Shown here: positions 1-9,695 of the stretch, in pieces
Position numbering within the stretch: position 1 is the stretch's first letter
How the letters are laid out: each line of letters begins with the position of its first letter
Source of the DNA: an uncultured Bacteroidales bacterium
Lineage (GTDB): Bacteria > Bacteroidota > Bacteroidia > Bacteroidales > P3
Direction: 5' to 3'
DNA: 64,000 bases
Assembly: GCA_947168515.1 (NCBI GenBank)
Contig: CAMVMF010000002.1
Coordinates: 62,504-126,503, forward strand
Program-made: the position numbers and the translations under genes
Notes under the pieces: generated by a model
What the model was told of the DNA's origin: nothing
What the model saw: the letters and a program-made list of their open reading frames with translations, nothing else
Databases searched by the model: none

Positions 1-2155
1 ATCGGTGATGATGTCGGACATTATCGCTCACCATTTGCGTGATAACGATGAGATACGCATCTACGACCCGACCAGTGGCTCAGGTTCGCTGCTTATCAAT
101 ATAGGAAAGTCTGTTGCTCGGCATATCAGCGACAAAAACAACATTAAGTATTACGCACAGGAGTTGAAACAAAACACTTTCAACCTGACACGTATGAACT
201 TAATCATGCGTGGTATCTCTCCTTCAAACATCGAGTGCCGCAACGGCGATACACTGGCAATGGACTGGCCGATGTTTGACGAAAGTGACCCGCAGGGAAC
301 GTATGACCCGCTTTATGTTGATGCTGTGGTCAGCAATCCTCCATACTCTCAGGAATGGGATCCAACAGACCAGGAGAATGACCCTCGTTATGCCCCCTTT
401 GGCGTGGCACCTAAGGGTTGCGCCGATTATGCTTTCCTTCTGCACGACCTATACCATGTCAAGCCTTCCGGCATCATGACCATTGTGCTTCCGCATGGTG
501 TTCTCTATCGTGGAGGGTCTGAATACCAAATCAGAAAGCAGCTTGTTGAGTACAACCATATTGATGCAATTATTGGATTGCCGGAAAAAGTATTCTACGG
601 AACGAGCATATCTACAATTGTCATGGTACTGAAGCGTAAGACACGCGTCGATGACAAAATCCTTTTCATAGATGCTTCCGCCGGTTTTGAGAAAGATGGT
701 AAAAACAACCGACTGCGGGCGTGCGACATAAAAAAAGTGGTCGATGCAGTAACTACTCGCACGGAAACATCCGACTTTGCCCGACTTGTCAGCCGCGATA
801 TCATCCGCCAGAATGACTATAACCTCAACATATCCCGGTATGTGGACAGCAGTCCAAAGGCAGAGAAGTATGACATATACGCTACGATGTTCGGAGGCAT
901 CCCTGCTGTGGATCTGGCTGCACTAAACAACTTTTGGCAGGCATTCCCATCACTCAAACAGCAATTGTTTTCGGTAAACAGTGAGGGATATAGCCATATC
1001 GCCACGGATAATATTCAGCAGACAATCAGCGACAATGAAGATGTAAAGCATTTTGCACAGCAGTACAATAGTGCTTTCGATAGTTTCGAATCTTTCATTG
1101 AATCGAATCTCATCGAACCGATGATGTCGCTCAATGTCCAAAAAACACAGACAACCATCAGCAACGACCTTTTCCGTCGTTTAGAGAATTTCCCTTTGGT
1201 GGACAGATACCAAGCATTCCAATTCTTCAGTTATGATTGGGATAAGATAGCTGCCGACATTGAAATTCTGCAAACGGAAGGATTTCAGGCAGTAAAGCAA
1301 ATTGACCCACGTATGGTTGAAAAGAACAAGGAGGAAGTGCAGGACGGATGGATGGGGCATGTGCTGCCGTTTGAATTGGTGCAGGAAATGTTGTTGCAAG
1401 ACGATGTGCAGGTTATCCGTGATATGGAGCAGCGCATGGAGGAACTCACCAATCTATTCAATGAAATCATTGACTCGCTGACTCCAGAGGAAAAAGACAA
1501 GCCAATACTCTCAGATGACAATTCTCATTTTGTGGCAACGGAGGTGAAGAAAGAACTGAAACGTATTCTTGCGAAAATCTCTACTCCTGAGATAGAACTG
1601 CTTCGTTCTTTCCCGTCTAAAAAGAATGAGAAAGAACAATTCATAGCAGACCACCCTGAATTGGCATGGGACACTGTGGAGCCTGACAAGAATGGAAAAT
1701 ATGGCAAGACACAGGTTAATGCAATGATACGCTACTACCAAGAAAACTTTGCTTTCGACGAGGAAAGCCTCGAAGCTAAAGTAAAGGTGGTGGCTGCAAT
1801 GCTTGAAGAAGAGAAGAGTCTGTTTGCAGATGCTGCTCAGAAACGACGTGAACTGGTTGATAAAACGATTGCCACCATCCAAGCTCTGGATGATGAAACC
1901 GCTATCGAACTGCTACGTTGCAAATGGGTGCATCCGCTGTTGGCTTCGCTCCAGAGAATGCCATGCGAAGTGATAACCGCTCTTGCTGACAAGGTTCAAC
2001 ATTTGGTAGCTAAATATGCTACCACCTATCAGGATATTGCACAGCGTATCAGCAGTGCAGAATCGCAACTATTCTCACTGATTAGTGAACTGGAAGGGTC
2101 CAACGCCGATAACTTGGGATTATCTGAATTCAAGAAAACACTTAATGTAAAATAG
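1..2155 (+). CDS. hsdM: Type I restriction-modification DNA methyltransferase subunit M, 5' end cut by window edge, with a long C-terminal extension
   Basis: The frame is open to the window edge. AdoMet motif I DPTSGSGSLL, catalytic NPPY at nt 335-346 and the end-of-domain motif NISRYV are present. hsdS starts 1 nt after its stop and hsdR follows. Confidence 0.9.
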   Translation, partial: SVMMSDIIAHHLRDNDEIRIYDPTSGSGSLLINIGKSVARHISDKNNIKYYAQELKQNTFNLTRMNLIMRGISPSNIECRNGDTLAMDWPMFDESDPQGTYDPLYVDAVVSNPPYSQEWDPTDQENDPRYAPFGVAPKGCADYAFLLHDLYHVKPSGIMTIVLPHGVLYRGGSEYQIRKQLVEYNHIDAIIGLPEKVFYGTSISTIVMVLKRKTRVDDKILFIDASAGFEKDGKNNRLRACDIKKVVDAVTTRTETSDFARLVSRDIIRQNDYNLNISRYVDSSPKAEKYDIYATMFGGIPAVDLAALNNFWQAFPSLKQQLFSVNSEGYSHIATDNIQQTISDNEDVKHFAQQYNSAFDSFESFIESNLIEPMMSLNVQKTQTTISNDLFRRLENFPLVDRYQAFQFFSYDWDKIAADIEILQTEGFQAVKQIDPRMVEKNKEEVQDGWMGHVLPFELVQEMLLQDDVQVIRDMEQRMEELTNLFNEIIDSLTPEEKDKPILSDDNSHFVATEVKKELKRILAKISTPEIELLRSFPSKKNEKEQFIADHPELAWDTVEPDKNGKYGKTQVNAMIRYYQENFAFDEESLEAKVKVVAAMLEEEKSLFADAAQKRRELVDKTIATIQALDDETAIELLRCKWVHPLLASLQRMPCEVITALADKVQHLVAKYATTYQDIAQRISSAESQLFSLISELEGSNADNLGLSEFKKTLNVK

Positions 2156-2156
2156 T

Positions 2157-3512
2157 ATGGCTGAAAAGAAACCAAATATAAGATTCAAAGGGTTTGAAGA
2201 AGAGTGGGAGGATAAAACACTCGGCAGCATGGGCGAAACTACTTCTGGGGTTGGTTTTCCTATTCAAGAGCAGGGCGGTAAAAGTGGTATACCGTTTTTC
2301 AAGGTGTCTGATATGAATACCATTGGAAACGAAAGAGAAATGACTGCTTCAAACAACTATGTATCTAGTGTTCAAATTGAAAAGAATAATTGGAAGCCCA
2401 TTCAGGAATTGCCTGCAATATTCTTTGCAAAAATTGGCGCAGCTCTTTTGCACAATAGAAAACGTCTCATAAAAAAGCCATTCCTTCTTGATAACAATAC
2501 TATGGCATATAGTATGAATAATAAGGAGGGCGATTTCTTTCTTTCTCTGTTTGAAACCATTAATCTTCCAAAATACGCTCAGACTGGAGCTTTGCCCTCA
2601 TATGGAGAAACAGATATCAAGGCTATAGAAGTAAAAGTGCCTACTATTTGTGAGCAGCAGAAAATCGGAGAGTTTTTCAAACAGTTAGATGAATTGATTG
2701 GAGCGAAAGAGCAAGAATTGGAGAAGCTGCGTCAGATAAAGCTGGCATTGCTCGACAAGATGTTCCCAAGCGACAATCAAGAAGATATTAATAGGGGGGG
2801 GTATAAGTCGTTGATTTATGGTGTGTTACAAAACAACTCACAATTAGTGGTAACTTCGCCAACACCGAACACTCCCACTATTCGTTTCCGTGGCTTTACA
2901 GAGCCATGGGAAAACTATAATTTGCGAAAATTGTTTGATTTCTCAACTCCTCATTATAGTCACTCTCGAGATAAGTTGACTTATGATAAAACTGAAGTTC
3001 TCAATATACACTATGGAGATATTCTAATCCTGTTTGGTGATATTGTGGATGCAAAGAAAGATAAGATACCTTATATTATTTCCGCAAAAGCCGATAATTA
3101 CAAGGCTTCAAAACTTATAGATGGCGATGTCATTTTTGCTGATACTGCTGAAGACGAAGCATGTGGAAAAGCAATTGAAATACAAAACATCGCTAATAAA
3201 ACAATCGTTGCTGGACTTCATACGTTTGTCGGCAGACCAAAGAAGAAATTTGCGCCATATTTTTTAGGGTATTATTTCAACTCATATACGTTTCATGACC
3301 AACTTTTGCCTTTGATGCAGGGCATAAAGGTACTATCAGTAAATAAACCTGCTGTAGAAGATACATTTATATACTATCCGACTAATAAGGAAGAGCAGCG
3401 CAAAATCGGCGACTTTTTTCGCTCGCAGGATGAATCTATTGCCAATTCACAGCTGCAAATCAACAAATTGAAAACAATTAAGCAAGCCTGCTTGTCGCAG
3501 ATGTTTGCTTGA
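2157..3512 (+). CDS. hsdS: Type I R-M specificity subunit S with two target-recognition domains
   Basis: Two-fold internal symmetry: PNIRFKGFEEEWE at the N-terminus and PTIRFRGFTEPWE mid-protein. Each is followed by a variable region and a conserved helix (ELEKLRQIKLALLDKMF and QINKLKTIKQACLSQMF). The gene sits between hsdM and hsdR. Confidence 0.85.
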   Translation: MAEKKPNIRFKGFEEEWEDKTLGSMGETTSGVGFPIQEQGGKSGIPFFKVSDMNTIGNEREMTASNNYVSSVQIEKNNWKPIQELPAIFFAKIGAALLHNRKRLIKKPFLLDNNTMAYSMNNKEGDFFLSLFETINLPKYAQTGALPSYGETDIKAIEVKVPTICEQQKIGEFFKQLDELIGAKEQELEKLRQIKLALLDKMFPSDNQEDINRGGYKSLIYGVLQNNSQLVVTSPTPNTPTIRFRGFTEPWENYNLRKLFDFSTPHYSHSRDKLTYDKTEVLNIHYGDILILFGDIVDAKKDKIPYIISAKADNYKASKLIDGDVIFADTAEDEACGKAIEIQNIANKTIVAGLHTFVGRPKKKFAPYFLGYYFNSYTFHDQLLPLMQGIKVLSVNKPAVEDTFIYYPTNKEEQRKIGDFFRSQDESIANSQLQINKLKTIKQACLSQMFA

Positions 3513-6500
3513 ACAAAATAGAATTATCGTTTATGCCATTCAACAGAGAAGAGGATTTTGAGAACGCATTGATAGAAATGCTATCGAAAAAAGGATGGGA
3601 GAAAAATGTAATCCGCCATCCTTCTGAGAAGGATTTGCTCCAAAACTGGGCTGATATCCTCTTCGATAACAATAACACCATCGACCGCCTGAATGGGGCA
3701 CGGCTGACCGAGGATGAAATGCGTCAACTTGTTGATCAAATTTCTACCTTGCGGACACCGCAGATGCTCAACGGTTTCATTAACGGGCGTACTGTGAGCA
3801 TCAGGCGTGAAAACCCTGCTGACACCTTGCACTACGGCAAGGAGATTTCTCTGAAAATCTTCGACCCTCATGAAATTGCAGCTGGACAAAGTCGTTATCA
3901 AATTGTAAAGCAGCCGCATTTCAAAGCTCCCTCAAATATCTTTCCTCAACGTCGGGGCGACCTCATGCTGCTTATCAATGGTATGCCTGTGATACACATC
4001 GAACTGAAGAAGAGTGGCATCCCTGTAAGTCAAGCCTATAACCAGATAGAGAAATACTCCCGGGAAGGAATCTTCTCTGGTATCTTCCAACTCATTCAGA
4101 TCTTCGTGGCGATGAATCCTGAAGAAACGGTTTACTTTGCCAATCCTGGACCTGATGGGCGTTTCAATAAAGATTTTTATTTCCACTGGGCTGACTTTAA
4201 CAACGTGCCACAAAATGACTGGAAGGATATTGCCACCTATCTCTTGTCGATACCAATGGCTCACCAGCTTATCGGCTATTATACCATTGCTGACCGTACA
4301 GATGGCGTTCTGAAAGTGCTTCGCTCTTATCAATACTTTGCTGTACGGGCTATCTACGACAAGGTTACGAAGCGGCAAGATTGGAAAAGCACCGACCATC
4401 AATTAGGGGGATATATATGGCATACTACTGGTTCCGGTAAAACCATGTCGAGTTTTAAGGCTGCTCAGTTGATTGCTGACAGCGGAAAAGCGGACAAAGT
4501 GATTTTCGTCATCGACCGGATAGAACTCGGCACGCAGTCTGCACGCGAATACCGTAATTTTTCTGCTGAGGATGAAGCGATTCAAGAGACAGAGAACACG
4601 GATGCACTCGTCGCAAAGATGAAGTCCCCAGACGTGGCAGATACGTTGATTGTTTCTTCAATTCAAAAGCTGGGCATCATGGCGGAAGAGGGCAACATCC
4701 GACCTGCGGATTTGAAGAAAATCAATCAGAAACGCATCGTGTTTATCGTGGATGAATGTCATCGCTCTACGTTCGGTGAGACATTCCAACAAATCAAAGC
4801 TACATTCCCAACAGCAATGTTCTTTGGATTTACTGGTACACCAATTCAGAATGAAAACCAACGCCACCAAAGTACCACCACCGATATTTTTGGCGATGAA
4901 CTGCATCGCTACAGTATCGCCGACGGAATACGCGACGGCAACGTATTGGGCTTTGACCCTTACATGGAGATGACTTATAAGGACAAAGAACTCCGCCAGA
5001 AGGTGGCTCTTGATTATGTTGATGCTTCAAGTGTGGAAGAGGTGATGAACAACCCAGAAAAGAAACGTGTCTTCGACAAAGTCTTGGCTATGCCTATGGC
5101 AGGACATCGAAAGGTCGATGGCACATGGGAGCCTGGTATCGAAGACTGGTTACCAAAAACGCAGTACATTACCGAGGAACACATGAATGCGGTAGTCGAT
5201 GACATAGTGGATGGCTGGCTTGTGCTGAGCAAGAACCATAAGTTCCATGCTATATTCACTGTGCCAAGCATTCCGCAAGCAATCAAATATTACCGTATCT
5301 TCAAAGAGAAAGCTCCACAGCTGAAAGTGACCGCTCTCTTCGACCCCTCTTTGCCTAACGACAATCCCGACAAAACAATCTTCAAGGAGAATGCTCTGGC
5401 TGAAATAATTACAGACTATAAAGACATGTTCGGACAAAGTTATACAATTGCCGAACATGCTAAATTCAAGAAAGACCTCTCCAACCGTCTTGCTCATAAG
5501 AAACCATACATCGGGCTGGAACAACCTGCGCAACGCGATAAACGACTTGACCTGCTTATTGTCGTTTCACAGATGCTGACGGGCTTTGACTCTAAATGGG
5601 TGAATACGCTTTATATCGACAAAGTCATGTACTATGAAGAGTTGATACAAGCCTTTTCACGTACTAACCGCCTTTATAGCCATGATGAAAAGCCTTTCGG
5701 TGTCATCAAATATTATAGCTATCCGCATACGATGGAATATAACATTCAGGAGGCCGTTAAGCTATATTCCGGGAACAAACCTCTTGGATTGTTCGTAAGT
5801 AAACTGGATGTCAACCTTTCTGGTATGAATCAGAAGTTCCGTGAGATAGAGCAGCTTTTTGTTTCTGCCCACATAGAGAACTTCAACAAATTGCCAGATG
5901 CAACTGCTTTACGTGGACGCTTTGCTGTGCTTTTCAGAGAATACAATGTGTATCTCGATGCAGCAAAGGTGCAAGGTTTTAATTGGAGGAAATTGATCAA
6001 TCGCTGCCCGAATGGTGAAGAGATAACGGTCAATCACGATGAAATCACCTACAATACCCTTGTGCAGCGATACAAAGAGTTGTTCAATTCTAATGGTGGC
6101 AATGGTGGTGGACAATCGGATGAAGACTTGCCTTATGACCTCGACCCACATCTTTCAGAGATAGACACGGGCAAAATTGATGCCGACTACATGAATCATA
6201 TTTTTGAGCGGTACATCAAAGCCCTTGAACAACCCAATGTATCAAAGGAAGAGTTGAATGCTATACTTGATGACCTGTCGGCATCGTTTGCGTCACTCCC
6301 TCAGGAAGAACAAGCCTTTGCCGAAATATTCCTTCATGATGTGCAAAGTGCCAACATCACTTTAGAGCCAGGTAAGACATTCCGCGACTACATCACAGAC
6401 TATATGACGACAGAAAAAGATCGTCAAATAGATTGCCTTGTTCACACATTTGGACTTGATCGACAGCTGCTGAGACAGATGCTTAATCTTAGTATTACAG

Positions 6501-7204
6501 AGCAAAACATAAATGAATTCAATCGCTTCACTCGCTTAAAAGAATCTGTAGATAAGACCAAAGCTAAAGCCTATTTCGAATCCAAGTATGGTCAAGCCAT
6601 TAGTCTCCTAAAAGTAAATATTGAAATCAACAATCTGTTGAAACGTTTCATATTAGAAGGTGTGTTTGACATAGATACAGATATCTCTAATCCTCCTAAA
6701 GTGACACAGATGTATCCTCAAATGGAAGAAGATGATATGCCAATGGCAGCAGAGCCGTTTGTGTGCTGCAAATGGAATCGCTTTGACCAGAACATTATAG
6801 ATTTCTTTGGCGGAGATAAGGCTATTCTTGTGGGTTGTAGCAAGAATGAGAAGCATCTAGAATGGATCAGAACTCATAATTTGTATAATGTAAGATTAGG
6901 AAACACTAAAGGTTCTATGGCGAAACATAGCAACCTGTTTGGCCAGACCTCCATACTTTTACTTTATGACTTTAAAAGGCCTGACCAGATTTTTGTTTAT
7001 GAAATATCTGCCCATGGCGAGATGGGCAAACAGGAACTGGCGCAGATGGGATATCCTAATCCACAAAGAAATAGGTATATGACATTTCGGTTGCGTCCCG
7101 TAGAGATGGATTTAACTTTTATCAAGAACCAACGTCTTATAGAAAAATTGATAGAAATGAATCCGCCGAAAGACAAAGGAACACCTGTTTTTATTGAACC
7201 ATAG
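3509..7204 (+). CDS. hsdR: Type I R-M restriction subunit R (PD-(D/E)xK nuclease plus SF2 helicase) with an extra C-terminal module
   Basis: Nuclease-like D...IELKK. Helicase motifs TTGSGKT (I), DECHRS (II), FTGTP (III) and FSRTNR (VI). The TTG at 3509 overlaps the hsdS stop; an alternative ATG at 3533 gives MPFNREEDFENALIE. Confidence 0.9.
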   Translation: MNKIELSFMPFNREEDFENALIEMLSKKGWEKNVIRHPSEKDLLQNWADILFDNNNTIDRLNGARLTEDEMRQLVDQISTLRTPQMLNGFINGRTVSIRRENPADTLHYGKEISLKIFDPHEIAAGQSRYQIVKQPHFKAPSNIFPQRRGDLMLLINGMPVIHIELKKSGIPVSQAYNQIEKYSREGIFSGIFQLIQIFVAMNPEETVYFANPGPDGRFNKDFYFHWADFNNVPQNDWKDIATYLLSIPMAHQLIGYYTIADRTDGVLKVLRSYQYFAVRAIYDKVTKRQDWKSTDHQLGGYIWHTTGSGKTMSSFKAAQLIADSGKADKVIFVIDRIELGTQSAREYRNFSAEDEAIQETENTDALVAKMKSPDVADTLIVSSIQKLGIMAEEGNIRPADLKKINQKRIVFIVDECHRSTFGETFQQIKATFPTAMFFGFTGTPIQNENQRHQSTTTDIFGDELHRYSIADGIRDGNVLGFDPYMEMTYKDKELRQKVALDYVDASSVEEVMNNPEKKRVFDKVLAMPMAGHRKVDGTWEPGIEDWLPKTQYITEEHMNAVVDDIVDGWLVLSKNHKFHAIFTVPSIPQAIKYYRIFKEKAPQLKVTALFDPSLPNDNPDKTIFKENALAEIITDYKDMFGQSYTIAEHAKFKKDLSNRLAHKKPYIGLEQPAQRDKRLDLLIVVSQMLTGFDSKWVNTLYIDKVMYYEELIQAFSRTNRLYSHDEKPFGVIKYYSYPHTMEYNIQEAVKLYSGNKPLGLFVSKLDVNLSGMNQKFREIEQLFVSAHIENFNKLPDATALRGRFAVLFREYNVYLDAAKVQGFNWRKLINRCPNGEEITVNHDEITYNTLVQRYKELFNSNGGNGGGQSDEDLPYDLDPHLSEIDTGKIDADYMNHIFERYIKALEQPNVSKEELNAILDDLSASFASLPQEEQAFAEIFLHDVQSANITLEPGKTFRDYITDYMTTEKDRQIDCLVHTFGLDRQLLRQMLNLSITEQNINEFNRFTRLKESVDKTKAKAYFESKYGQAISLLKVNIEINNLLKRFILEGVFDIDTDISNPPKVTQMYPQMEEDDMPMAAEPFVCCKWNRFDQNIIDFFGGDKAILVGCSKNEKHLEWIRTHNLYNVRLGNTKGSMAKHSNLFGQTSILLLYDFKRPDQIFVYEISAHGEMGKQELAQMGYPNPQRNRYMTFRLRPVEMDLTFIKNQRLIEKLIEMNPPKDKGTPVFIEP

Positions 7205-7458
7205 ATGTTTTGACAATAGAATGGCTGTACAAGGGACACGGACCCGAAACGCTGTTCCAACCTATTGATTGCAAACAGGTAAGGCCCGGTCTGACGTATG
7301 CTCCATGCTGCAATGTCGGTCTGTATTCTCTATCACGCTCGCTTTGGAGGCCGAAGCGGATTTCTTTTCCCTTGGCATTTTGCTCCTTTCGTTATTAGAG
7401 TTTAAAGGCACACCTTCTCCCACTATTGCATTTGCCTGACTATCGGGGAGTATTATAG

Positions 7459-7493
7459 TAAGAGCCCACACCCAGTCTGGGTATAGGCTCTTA
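7459..7493. terminator. Hairpin between convergent hsdR and DUF1846 genes, possible bidirectional terminator
   Basis: taagagcc ... ggctctta forms an 8-bp stem around a ~19-nt loop. It lies between the two convergent stop codons (7204 and 7517). Confidence 0.4.
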
Positions 7494-7516
7494 TGTGTAT
7501 GATGCTAGTGGGGAGG

Positions 7517-8980
7517 TTATTTCTTTGGGGTGGGGTCGGAGGTGTAGCCGATGCCTAGCTTTTTGAAAATTTTCTGGTCGACCTCGCTCAGCATGACGGT
7601 GGAGTGTACCTGGCAGCCCTGCAAGAGAGGCAGGGTGTCAAGGGCTTTGCGGCAGACCTGGTCGTGTAGGCTGAGCATCGAAAGGGCCACCAGTACTTCG
7701 TCGGTGTGCAGACGGGGGTTGTGGCCGTGAAGCAGGGAGGTCTTGGTGTGCTGGATGGGCTCGATGTATTCTTGGGCGATGAGTTTGACGCTGTGGTCGA
7801 TGCCGGCCAGATGCTTGATGGCATTGAGCAATAGGGCAGCGGAAGAACCCAGCAGGGTGGAGGAGTGGCCGGTGATGATGGTGCCGTCGGCCAGCTCGAT
7901 GGCAGCGGCAGCGGCATTTTCTTTGAGCGAGCGTTCTTTGGCAGCCACGGTGGTGCGGCGGTCGTCGGTGGTGATTTTCATCTGCTTCATCAGCAGGGCG
8001 TTTTTCTCGACTTCGGACTCAGATATCTTGCCTTCGGCAAATTTGCAGAGGGCTGCATAGTAGCGGCGGATAATCTCGTCTTTAGAAGCCTTGCAGCAGG
8101 CGTCGTCGTCGCTGATGCAGAAACCGGCCATGTTGACACCCATGTCGGTGGGCGATTTATAGGGGTTCTCGCCATAGATGCCTTCGAAGATGGCGTTGAG
8201 GACGGGGAAAATCTCTATGTCGCGGTTGTAGTTGACAGCTGTTTCGCCATAGGCCTCAAGGTGGAATGGGTCTATCATGTTCACGTCGTTGAGGTCGGCG
8301 GTAGCGGCTTCGTAGGCGACGTTGACGGGGTGTTTCAGGGGAATGCTCCAGATGGGGAAGGTCTCGAATTTGGCGTAGCCGGCTTTGATGCCGCGTTTGT
8401 TTTCCTGGTAGAGCTGGCTGAGGCAGACGGCCATTTTGCCGCTACCGGGGCCAGGGGCAGTGACGACCACTAGGGGACGTGTGGTTTTGATGTACTCGTT
8501 TTTGCCAAAGCCGTTGTCGGAACAGATGAGGTCGACATTGGTAGGATATCCCTCAATAAGATAATGATAATAGCAACTGATGCCGAGGCGTTCGAGCCGT
8601 TCGCGGAAAGCATGGGCGCTGGGCTGGCCGTTATACTGAGTGATGCACACGGCACTGACCAACAGACCTCGATTGCGAAATTCGTCACGCAGACGTAGTA
8701 CGTCGTCGTCGTAGGTGATGCCGATGTCGGCACGGACTTTGTTTTTTTCGATGTCTTTGGCGCTGATGGCGAAAACGATTTCGGCATCGTCACGCAATTG
8801 CATGAGCATCTTCAGTTTGCTGTCTGGTTCGAAACCGGGCAGGACGCGACTTGCGTGGAAGTCGTCGAAGAGTTTGCCACCAAATTCAAGATAAAGCTTA
8901 TTGCCGAACTTAGAAATGCGCTCCTTGATGTGTTCGGACTGAATTTTGAGATACTTCTCGTTGTCAAAACCGTTTTTCAT
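7517..8980 (-). CDS. DUF1846 / UPF0371 family protein
   Basis: 487 aa. The N-terminus MKNGFDNEKYLKIQSEHIKERI...LYLEFGGKLFDDFHASRVLPGF and the length match my recollection of the UPF0371 family. Confidence 0.75.
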   Translation of the reverse strand: MKNGFDNEKYLKIQSEHIKERISKFGNKLYLEFGGKLFDDFHASRVLPGFEPDSKLKMLMQLRDDAEIVFAISAKDIEKNKVRADIGITYDDDVLRLRDEFRNRGLLVSAVCITQYNGQPSAHAFRERLERLGISCYYHYLIEGYPTNVDLICSDNGFGKNEYIKTTRPLVVVTAPGPGSGKMAVCLSQLYQENKRGIKAGYAKFETFPIWSIPLKHPVNVAYEAATADLNDVNMIDPFHLEAYGETAVNYNRDIEIFPVLNAIFEGIYGENPYKSPTDMGVNMAGFCISDDDACCKASKDEIIRRYYAALCKFAEGKISESEVEKNALLMKQMKITTDDRRTTVAAKERSLKENAAAAAIELADGTIITGHSSTLLGSSAALLLNAIKHLAGIDHSVKLIAQEYIEPIQHTKTSLLHGHNPRLHTDEVLVALSMLSLHDQVCRKALDTLPLLQGCQVHSTVMLSEVDQKIFKKLGIGYTSDPTPKK

Positions 8981-9169
8981 AATCCCGTCTTTTCAATTAA
9001 CAAAAATACGGGATGCAAAATTACGATTTTTTCTCGACATTGAGTTTTTTTTCTCTGTTTTTTTGTCAACAATATATTAACTGTTTTGGTAATATATTGG
9101 TTTGTAAAACTATATATTAGAGTTTCTGTTGAGTTTGCTGCTATGGTAACGGGATAGATGTATTGATTG

Positions 9170-9640
9170 TTACTTTCTTTTGGTTTTTGATAATGGGGTC
9201 CAGAGGATGGTTTCTCCGATACCCATGAGGGTACCGCGCATTTTTAGGCGGCCATCTTCTTGAAATTCACAGGTGCAGTTGGCTACTATTCCTCGGGTAG
9301 GGTCATATACTTTGCCACTATCCCAACGCCGTTTCTTTGCATTGTATTTCAGTCCACGGAAGATGATTATTTGGTTGCAGGGTGTGTTGCGTAAGTCTTT
9401 GTTGGGGTTCTTTTCGTCCACTACGAGTTTGCCAGTTTTGCGATCGATGCTGTCTTTCAGCCAGATGCACTGAGCTATATAGGTGCCGTTTTTGTCTTTG
9501 TAGACATGTACTTTGGATTGTTGACCGCCATGGTTAACACTGTATGTACCCAAGATGGCATCGGGGTTGTCGTTTTTGCTGTTTTGAGCTGACACACTTA
9601 TGCATGTTAACATAAGGATGAGCAAAGATAATATCTTCAT
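9170..9640 (-). CDS. DUF2147-like secreted protein
   Basis: Signal peptide ending SVSAQ. Pattern DEKNPNKDLRNTP...G.KY....RWDSGKVYDPTRG is typical of DUF2147. Confidence 0.65.
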   Translation of the reverse strand: MKILSLLILMLTCISVSAQNSKNDNPDAILGTYSVNHGGQQSKVHVYKDKNGTYIAQCIWLKDSIDRKTGKLVVDEKNPNKDLRNTPCNQIIIFRGLKYNAKKRRWDSGKVYDPTRGIVANCTCEFQEDGRLKMRGTLMGIGETILWTPLSKTKRK

Positions 9641-9695
9641 AATAAGGGATAAAAAAAGGACCTCTCAATGAGAGGCCCTTTTGTGTATTTAATTA

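Noticed and set aside
7205-7516. ORFs 7210..7398 (+) and 7262..7471 (-) in the gap after hsdR, considered as a remnant integrase or small defence gene.
   Set aside because: They are short and mutually overlapping, with no recognisable motif or promoter. They are more likely non-coding junction DNA of the R-M island.
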